A stretch of DNA of 64,000 bases, from positions 32,001 to 96,000 of IMG/VR virus record IMGVR_UViG_3300027792_000013; one strand, given 5' to 3'. Origin of the DNA: a virus. The position numbers and the translations under genes were made by a program. The notes under the pieces were generated by a model. The model searched no databases. It had not been told where the DNA came from and saw nothing but the letters and a program-made list of their open reading frames with translations. How positions within the stretch are numbered: position 1 is the stretch's first letter; every line of letters starts with the position of its first letter. Positions 57,674-64,000 of the stretch are shown in pieces.

Positions 57674-58339
57674 TTACAATAGTGAAGCGTACTTTGCGCT
57701 TTCACTTACGACAATTTCTTCCTTCTTTTTAGAATCTTCCACCAGACTCTCGATTAAGAAGTCCAATTTCCCACTAAAAACTTTGGTGTCTGAAAAATCC
57801 ATTTCGGAAATCAAATTTTTTAGTTTGTCTCTTTTCACATCTGTCAATGTTTTTGTTCTTTCATCAAATATTCGAGAGCATTGCAAACGAAGATTCTCTT
57901 CTTTGAGATGAAGGTTTTCCTCATTCTTGTTACCAAGTTCCTCTTTCAAATTAACGTTTTCTTCATTGAGACTGTCGAAAATGCCTTTTTGATCTTCGGG
58001 GATTGTTAATGAATTTTCCTTGATAACACCAATTACAGCATCTGCGATTTGACTTTTGAGACGCAATTGTAAAGATTCTTCAATAGTAGTTTTGTTTTCT
58101 TTGAAATACTCATCGAGAGCTTCAGTCAAAAACGAATCAACTTTTGAAATCAATCCGGTTTTGAATTCATCTACTTCGTTGAGTATTTCTTTTTCAGCAG
58201 CTTCCCTAATCTCTTCTTTCATTGAAGATACTTTTTCGGAGACCGCGGCTTCGAAAAGAACTTCAATTTTGGTATTGAATTCTTCCGTTAGAAGAGTAGG
58301 ATCTACTGTTTCGAATAACTCTTTCAGTTTCTCTTTCAT
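57674..58339 (-). CDS. gp22: prohead core scaffolding protein
   Basis: L.EEF..K....FEAAV, KVD.FL, acidic coiled coil; upstream of gp23. Confidence 0.9.
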   Translation of the reverse strand: MKEKLKELFETVDPTLLTEEFNTKIEVLFEAAVSEKVSSMKEEIREAAEKEILNEVDEFKTGLISKVDSFLTEALDEYFKENKTTIEESLQLRLKSQIADAVIGVIKENSLTIPEDQKGIFDSLNEENVNLKEELGNKNEENLHLKEENLRLQCSRIFDERTKTLTDVKRDKLKNLISEMDFSDTKVFSGKLDFLIESLVEDSKKKEEIVVSESAKYASLL

Positions 58340-58358
58340 GTTAACCTCCTTTGAAATC

Positions 58359-58366
58359 TATTTATA
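58359..58366 (-). promoter_or_regulatory. T4-type late promoter TATAAATA
   Basis: Exact consensus upstream of gp22. Confidence 0.8.
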
Positions 58367-58389
58367 AAAATTTAATTTTTCATTTTTTT

Positions 58390-59079
58390 TTAAACTAACT
58401 CAAATGAGTAATATATATAATCAGCTTGCAAATATCTCATTGCAGCCCCCTTTGTTTTGTAAATACCAAAAGAAGGGCCAATTGGTTGATATGTTAAAGC
58501 TGGTGTTATATCACAAATTGGAATATCGTTGATGCTAAAATAGACTTTGGCATCAGTTTTTTTCTTTTCAATTGAAAGTTTAATCCAATCAGTTGTGATC
58601 ACAACACCGGTATCAAAGTTAGTTATTTCATTACCATCCATATTATATACAATTCTCCAGTTAGGTGAATTTTTATCACAATAAAACTGAAGATCATTGT
58701 ATGCTACCATATCAATCATACTTAACCCAGCTCTGACTTTAAATTCATCAGTTTCATTAGTTAGAGTACATATTTTTAATCTCTGATGTAAAATAAATTC
58801 AGACAGAGAGGAAAACTGAATAAATTTATAGATTGAATGTAGAGAACAATATCCAGTCGATGCCGTTCCAGTATTTAAACCAACAAACCCAACTGCATCA
58901 GCATCAGAATTAAGAGTTGTAATACCAGCACCGGCTCCACTGAATTTGATTTGCAAATGCGGTCCAACCATTTGACCATTAGATAATCCTGGTTGAATTC
59001 CAAACATGAAATGTTCAAAAGACTGTTGCGCCTTCAAAACCTTTTCAAACGTTATACGTCCATCACATTGTACTGACAT
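58390..59079 (-). CDS. beta-rich hypothetical virion protein (possible lectin/LamG-like fold)
   Basis: Inserted between gp21 and gp22; DTGV....W.KL.I......VYF.IND pattern. Confidence 0.55.
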   Translation of the reverse strand: MSVQCDGRITFEKVLKAQQSFEHFMFGIQPGLSNGQMVGPHLQIKFSGAGAGITTLNSDADAVGFVGLNTGTASTGYCSLHSIYKFIQFSSLSEFILHQRLKICTLTNETDEFKVRAGLSMIDMVAYNDLQFYCDKNSPNWRIVYNMDGNEITNFDTGVVITTDWIKLSIEKKKTDAKVYFSINDIPICDITPALTYQPIGPSFGIYKTKGAAMRYLQADYIYYSFELV

Positions 59080-59090
59080 TGTTTTTCTCC

Positions 59091-59777
59091 TTAGATTTTT
59101 TTACCATTTTTTAACATTTTTAATAATAGACTGAACCCTTCAAAAAAAACTTTTTGTTTTTCTTCGGTACTCATTGTACTAATAAAAGATGATTTTACTC
59201 TACGTTTTACCTGCTCCGCAATATTTTCGTCAATAAAATCATACTCTACACTTTCGCAAATTCCTTGAACAAAAGCTTCTGGCCCAGCAGGATCGCAAAC
59301 AATATCTCCAGGGGTAATCAATTTCATTCCCCTTTGAACAAATTTAGTTCCGTTTTGTTCTTTTAGTGCCCCAGTTGCCCTAGAAGAAATTCCTATTCTT
59401 GTTTTTTCATCAATAAAAGTTTTTACGATATTACCAAGCGGGGTTGGCAATACTTTGGCTTTACTAATGAAATTGTTACCATCTTGAATCAATTCGAGAA
59501 ACAAATGGGATACCCTATCCGGATTTACGATTGGAGAATTTGGATGTCCTAGTTCTCCATAAGCTCCGCGAGGAACTATAAAATCTCTATTGTAAACATC
59601 TAGAGATTCTTGAATAACATCTAGCCCATAATATCTACTATTTTTGTTTTTGATATTACATTGAATTGTTATGCCTTTAATGTAATAGTTAGGTTGAGAA
59701 TTAGAAGTTTCCTCTTGTAAAATCTCAGATGTAGTTTCCCACGTAGTTTCTCGGAACAGTTTAAGTTGACTATCCAT
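59091..59777 (-). CDS. gp21: prohead protease
   Basis: YIKGI..Q....N.N.R.Y, GELGHP, VSH, TPLG, GISSRATG, DIVCDP. Confidence 0.95.
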   Translation of the reverse strand: MDSQLKLFRETTWETTSEILQEETSNSQPNYYIKGITIQCNIKNKNSRYYGLDVIQESLDVYNRDFIVPRGAYGELGHPNSPIVNPDRVSHLFLELIQDGNNFISKAKVLPTPLGNIVKTFIDEKTRIGISSRATGALKEQNGTKFVQRGMKLITPGDIVCDPAGPEAFVQGICESVEYDFIDENIAEQVKRRVKSSFISTMSTEEKQKVFFEGFSLLLKMLKNGKKI

Positions 59778-59795
59778 TTCTACCTCCCTGAGAGA

Positions 59796-59954
59796 TTAGA
59801 CACTCCCAACTATGTCATTTCGGATGTTTTCATTCATCTTTTCAATCCGTTCCTGAGCTTTTTCGTGAAGTTCTTCACCAATTAGCTCCTTGAATTTCAA
59901 CGAATTACCTCGACTGGCCTCAAGTAAAGCCTCTAAAATTCTTTCTTTACCCAT
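59796..59954 (-). CDS. small prohead core protein (gp67-like, 52 aa); not in the ORF track
   Basis: Manual translation MGKERILEALLEASRGNSLKFKELIGEELHEKAQERIEKMNENIRNDIVGSV; GGAGG RBS; directly before gp21. Confidence 0.7.
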   Translation of the reverse strand: MGKERILEALLEASRGNSLKFKELIGEELHEKAQERIEKMNENIRNDIVGSV

Positions 59955-59964
59955 GATTTACCTC

Positions 59965-61641
59965 CTAGACCGCGGTCTTTAATATCTCTTCGAAACTAAC
60001 ACTTGATGCAACTGCGTTGAAGTTCAGCTGAATAAATTCAGCTGCCCTAACCGGCTTGATGTAGATGTCACCGACAAAGGCATTATTGTCTATGATATAA
60101 GGTGTATTGTTTGTGGTGTCACAAACAGTAAAGAAATCATAGATTCCACCTTTACCTTTTACGTATTCCAAAAATGGATCCACCATTAGTTTGAACATTG
60201 ACCTTGTGAACTCATCATTGTTTTGAAACAGAAAAGATCTTGATGCTGTGGCTATTGACTTTTCTAAGAGAATGAATAATCTACGTACATTGATTCTATT
60301 GAATGCACTATCTAGACTCAACAATGTTTTTTGTCCCCAGATCATATTACCTTCACTTGGGAAACTTACTATTGGATTGATACCATTTTTGTACAAAGTA
60401 TCTCTTTGAGTTTTGTTTGGGATAATAGCAAATTTCAAAACATTTCTGAATTGGCCATTGCTATATCCCGCGGGTGCTTTCCAGACTTCATCGTAATAAT
60501 CCGTTCTGCTAAAACATCCGGCTATATCGCCGCTTACAGGAACCCAACGTTGAATGTCGCTGTACTTATCATATATTCTTTTCCAGTTAGCATATAAAGC
60601 ACCATAACTCGTATTTTTATTCAAAGTCGAGTTTCTATAGGAAACACAATTACTAATTGCGGTTGAAGTATCAACCGCAAAAATCTCCGATGAAGGAACT
60701 GTATTTACTGAAAAACAATCTAATCTATTTGCGGCAATATCGATAATATAACTTTGAATTATTGAATTGCAATTGCCTCCATCCATCAAAATTGAAACAT
60801 CGAATTCTTCTGAGTTTGCAAATAAGTCATATCCGGTTTGAATATTTCCGGTAGTTGGATCACCATCCAACCCACCCGACATTCCAACTTTTTCAAAACT
60901 TGATGGTAGATTTGCATTAGAGGTATTGTCATACGCATATACCCAAGCAGATCTATCATTCAAAACATTTTCGATATACTTTGAGCGACCCGTAGCATCT
61001 TTAGCGTCTGGATCTAGTGATACTATCCATTTTTCCTGAATTAGCCAATTATCATCTAACCAATTTTTTACGAGAATCGCAACAGCAATTTCATTTTGTG
61101 CTTCGGTTGCCCCGGCACTAGGGGCAAATTCAAATTCGTCTTCAAAACTAACACCACTTTCAATTTCAGCAGTTGCAAAATCGGCCACGTTACAAAGAGC
61201 AATTCGAATTTTAGAATTTCCTAAATCTCCTGGGTACTTTGCAAAAAATTTTAGTTTTTCATTTGTGCTGAAAGACACTGTTGGTTGATTTGAAGAATTT
61301 GGAATGTATTCCTGTGCACCGTCGGTGGTATCACCATAGGTGTCATCGTATACAACAATTCCGGCATTTTTTGCAGCTGTTGAGTTTACGGCTCGAACAA
61401 CCCACAAATTATTTGCATATCGTAAAAATTCTGTATTGCTGAACCAATGTTCAAAATTACCGGCAACAGGTAAACCCCAAAATTCATAATTTTCTCTTTC
61501 ATTGGTTGTTAATTTTCTTTCAAAACAAGGTCCCCATTTTGCCTTGATTACATTACCAACAATTGATGTTGCGATAATTGGAACCGTTGTAGTGAAATCA
61601 AACTCCCTCACCTGAACACTCGGACTTAGCGAAAAAGACAT
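59965..61641 (-). CDS. gp18: tail sheath protein
   Basis: SPSVQVREFD, WGP, FL.Y...L.VVRA, AKYPG..GN, W.APAG, RD.LY...INP, RINVRRLF. Confidence 0.96.
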   Translation of the reverse strand: MSFSLSPSVQVREFDFTTTVPIIATSIVGNVIKAKWGPCFERKLTTNERENYEFWGLPVAGNFEHWFSNTEFLRYANNLWVVRAVNSTAAKNAGIVVYDDTYGDTTDGAQEYIPNSSNQPTVSFSTNEKLKFFAKYPGDLGNSKIRIALCNVADFATAEIESGVSFEDEFEFAPSAGATEAQNEIAVAILVKNWLDDNWLIQEKWIVSLDPDAKDATGRSKYIENVLNDRSAWVYAYDNTSNANLPSSFEKVGMSGGLDGDPTTGNIQTGYDLFANSEEFDVSILMDGGNCNSIIQSYIIDIAANRLDCFSVNTVPSSEIFAVDTSTAISNCVSYRNSTLNKNTSYGALYANWKRIYDKYSDIQRWVPVSGDIAGCFSRTDYYDEVWKAPAGYSNGQFRNVLKFAIIPNKTQRDTLYKNGINPIVSFPSEGNMIWGQKTLLSLDSAFNRINVRRLFILLEKSIATASRSFLFQNNDEFTRSMFKLMVDPFLEYVKGKGGIYDFFTVCDTTNNTPYIIDNNAFVGDIYIKPVRAAEFIQLNFNAVASSVSFEEILKTAV

Positions 61642-61712
61642 TTGTCACCTTCCTTTTGGTTTCGGCAATGCACGAAACCTGAAATTTCAGGATATATATT
61701 ATCCTCAAAAAG

Positions 61713-61732
61713 TATTTATAAAAATATAAATA
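61713..61732. promoter_or_regulatory. divergent back-to-back late promoters (TATAAATA on - at 61713-61720 and on + at 61725-61732)
   Basis: agtatttata aaaatataaa ta at the strand switch. Confidence 0.8.
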
Positions 61733-61740
61733 GTTTTTAG

Positions 61741-62307
61741 ATGAAAACATTTAAAGAGTTTTTATTAGAAGAACAAGTAAAAATTAATAAGTATTTTCTC
61801 GAAACTTTTTTTTCTGGAAACTTAGATCTAGCATTCGAATATCAAAGTGAAAGTTTCAAAGCAAAGGTTGTTCCATTTTTTAAAAAAAGATATTTATTAG
61901 ACAAAAATAGCAATTATACGATATTGAGTAAAAAAATTATAGATCGGGGTGGAAGGTGGTTATCCCAACCGTCAAGCCAAATATTATTGGTGGTGCTTGG
62001 AAGAAAATACTTGCAATCATTACTTGATACCAGTACATCGGGGTACGTATCTGAATCCGAAACAATTTTGTTATCACTATATTTTCATAAAGAAAAGTTC
62101 AAAGAAACAGAATTCAATTTATCTAATTTATTGCGATTGCGTTCAGATATTGAATTTTTTAACTTAACAAAAGAAGAATTGGTTCCTATTTTAATGGGTT
62201 TGTCGGCAAAACATCCAAGTTTTATTAATGTTTCATTTACACATGATTTAGAAAAAATCAGTTTATATAATAAGGGTATATTAGATGTTGCACAATTATA
62301 TAAATAA
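61741..62307 (+). CDS. probable internal head protein with capsid-targeting sequence
   Basis: N-terminus MKTFKEFLLEE resembles the T4 internal-protein CTS; late promoter. Confidence 0.7.
   Translation: MKTFKEFLLEEQVKINKYFLETFFSGNLDLAFEYQSESFKAKVVPFFKKRYLLDKNSNYTILSKKIIDRGGRWLSQPSSQILLVVLGRKYLQSLLDTSTSGYVSESETILLSLYFHKEKFKETEFNLSNLLRLRSDIEFFNLTKEELVPILMGLSAKHPSFINVSFTHDLEKISLYNKGILDVAQLYK
62299..62306 (+). promoter_or_regulatory. T4-type late promoter TATAAATA
   Basis: Exact consensus upstream of 62325. Confidence 0.7.
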
Positions 62308-62324
62308 AACAAAGGAGTAAAAAA

Positions 62325-62657
62325 ATGAAAGGTTCTAAATTGTTTGAAGAAGGATATGATAGAGATACTGATTTTGTAATCAAAAAAGAGATTAAATCAA
62401 TCAGTTCGATACTAAAGAAAAAGTTTATGATAGGATTTAAATATAGATTGGAAGATAGAATAACCATAGGGACAATTTATTTTTGGATAGAAGGTGGAGA
62501 TGGTTCATTATATAATATTGAAAATCCCCAATATGAAGCCGAAAGGGAAAAAATAAAAAAAATAGCATATAGCAATAGAACAGATCCATATCCCAAAATA
62601 GAAGCTTTATTAAGCAAATATAGAGAAGAAATTGTTAATGCATTTAAAAAAATTTAA
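62325..62657 (+). CDS. late hypothetical protein
   Basis: AAGGAG RBS; MKGSKLFEEG start. Confidence 0.7.
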   Translation: MKGSKLFEEGYDRDTDFVIKKEIKSISSILKKKFMIGFKYRLEDRITIGTIYFWIEGGDGSLYNIENPQYEAEREKIKKIAYSNRTDPYPKIEALLSKYREEIVNAFKKI

Positions 62658-62678
62658 CAATGTACAAATTACGATAAG

Positions 62679-64000
62679 ATGCTTAACAATTTAGAAAAAT
62701 ATCCAGAAGAGTTTTGTTATCACAAAATATTCAATTTGAGGAAGGAAAATCTGGATTTTCCTTATACACAATTCCAATACGATGAAATCATTAAGTGTTC
62801 ACAAGATATAGAATATTTTTTTCGAAACTACATTTGGATCATCAATTTAGATGAGGGTTTGATAAAATTTAATCCCTACGATTTCCAAATCGATTTCGTT
62901 AAATCACTTCAAGATGAAAGATTTGTAATCTCAAAGTTTCCTAGGCAGTCGGGTAAAACAACGAGTGTGGGAGCATTTCTATGCCACAGTATATTATTTC
63001 AGGAATATACTCAAATTGGTGTAGTGGCAAACAAACAAAAGACAGCCAGTGAAGTTTGTAAAAAACTTCAAACTATGTATTTGAACTTACCATTGTGGAT
63101 GCAACAGGGTGTTCTTAACTGGGGTAAACTTGGATTTGAATTAGAAAATGGATCGAGAATGGTAGTTGAGCCTACGAGTGGAACCGCTCTTAGTGGATAT
63201 TCAATTTCAATTTTGTACTGGGATGAAATGTCTAAGTGCCCACCAAATTTAGCCAATGACTTCTTAGCTAGTGTTTATCCCACAATTTCTTCAGGAACCA
63301 GATCAAAAATTATTTTGACATCAACCCCAATTGGTTACAATCATTATGCTAAATTCTGGCACGATGCTAAAAATGAGCTCAATGGGTTTGTTCCACACGA
63401 AATAAATTGGAGAGATGTTCCAGGAAGAGACGAAAAATTTAAAATTGATACAATAGCCAAAATTGGACAGCGACTTTGGGACCAAGAATACGAGTGTAAA
63501 TTTCTCGGTTCTTCTAACACATTAATTGAAGGGTCTCGACTAGAAGAACTATATCATGTTAATCCAATTAAAGAGATGCTTGGGCATGACTTAAAAATTT
63601 ATGAAGAACCCCATAGAAATGATAGAGGAGTAATTGATCATACCTTTGTATTAGTTGTAGATTCTAGTAAAGGTACCGGAAATGATTACCACGCATTTCA
63701 GATCATAGATGTTTCGGTTATTCCGTGGAAACAAGTTGCGGTATATAGAAACAATGTCCTTGATTGGATGCATTATGCTCCAATAGTTAATGAAATTGTA
63801 AATATGTATGGTGATAATATTTTGCTTGTATGTGAAAATAATGATATTGGAGATGCTGTTTTAAAATCTTTAATGTATGATTTGGAGTGCAATGCCTTAG
63901 TTTATGCTCCGGAAGGCGGAAAACCTGGTTTGAATATGAATGTAAAAACTAAAAAGATGGGCAACGCTACTTTGAAATCTTTAATTGAAAATCAAAAATT
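62679..64000 (+). CDS. gp17: terminase large subunit (partial, runs off window end)
   Basis: Manual translation MLNNLEKYPEEF...PYDFQ...PRQSGKTT...ILYWDE...LTSTPIG...VDSSKGTGNDY. Confidence 0.95.
   Translation, partial: MLNNLEKYPEEFCYHKIFNLRKENLDFPYTQFQYDEIIKCSQDIEYFFRNYIWIINLDEGLIKFNPYDFQIDFVKSLQDERFVISKFPRQSGKTTSVGAFLCHSILFQEYTQIGVVANKQKTASEVCKKLQTMYLNLPLWMQQGVLNWGKLGFELENGSRMVVEPTSGTALSGYSISILYWDEMSKCPPNLANDFLASVYPTISSGTRSKIILTSTPIGYNHYAKFWHDAKNELNGFVPHEINWRDVPGRDEKFKIDTIAKIGQRLWDQEYECKFLGSSNTLIEGSRLEELYHVNPIKEMLGHDLKIYEEPHRNDRGVIDHTFVLVVDSSKGTGNDYHAFQIIDVSVIPWKQVAVYRNNVLDWMHYAPIVNEIVNMYGDNILLVCENNDIGDAVLKSLMYDLECNALVYAPEGGKPGLNMNVKTKKMGNATLKSLIENQK

Noticed and set aside
1892-60597. Numerous short plus-strand ORFs in the track (for example 1892..2290, 36105..36428, 50861..51226, 58056..58367)
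   Set aside because: Antisense shadows of well-supported minus-strand genes; Ser/Phe/Ile-rich, no motifs recognised
63068-63256. Minus-strand 62-aa ORF
   Set aside because: Antisense to the terminase large subunit
1-64000. Stop-codon reassignment, inteins or introns in core genes
   Set aside because: Core genes are full length under code 11, TAA/TAG/TGA are all used as stops, and there are no unexplained large insertions

Overview
AT-rich 64-kb segment of a large T4-like myophage genome (standard genetic code). Almost all genes are on the minus strand; the strand switches at about 61.7 kb. Replication and recombination genes: topoisomerase gp39/60 and gp52, primase, RNase H, helicase gp41, UvsX, DNA polymerase gp43, gp46/47, RuvC, UvsW/UvsY, and the late sigma gp55. 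Virion module, rearranged relative to T4: gp13, gp3, portal, gp2, tape-measure-like protein with an M15 peptidase, gp26, tail tubes, gp23, gp22, gp21, gp67-like, sheath, and a partial terminase. Two large accessory enzyme clusters stand out. (1) At 26.0-34.0 kb, next to the polymerase, a 7-deazaguanine DNA-modification locus (FolE, QueD, QueE, DpdL-like, DpdA-like TGT, no QueC) contains an AT-rich cassette with two glycosyltransferases, a PIG-L deacetylase and an extra radical SAM enzyme. This suggests an undescribed sugar hypermodification of deazaguanine. (2) At 8.3-18.9 kb, a complete glycan-building operon (UDP-L-QuiNAc-type pathway, Maf/GT fusions, GT32-radical SAM fusion, split WbdD-like methyltransferase and kinase, WcbI-like protein) lies downstream of a T4 late promoter, suggesting virion glycosylation. 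Other signals read from the sequence: a GC-rich two-domain structured RNA-like element at about 54.55-54.82 kb, a U_UUU_UUA -1 frameshift joining gp26 to an ATG-less gp51-like frame, eight AAGTT-N16-TATAAT promoters (several leaderless), a stand-alone sheath C-terminal domain gene, capsid-targeting-signal proteins, and unusual Glu residues in polymerase motifs A and C. All functional calls come from motif recognition, not database searches.
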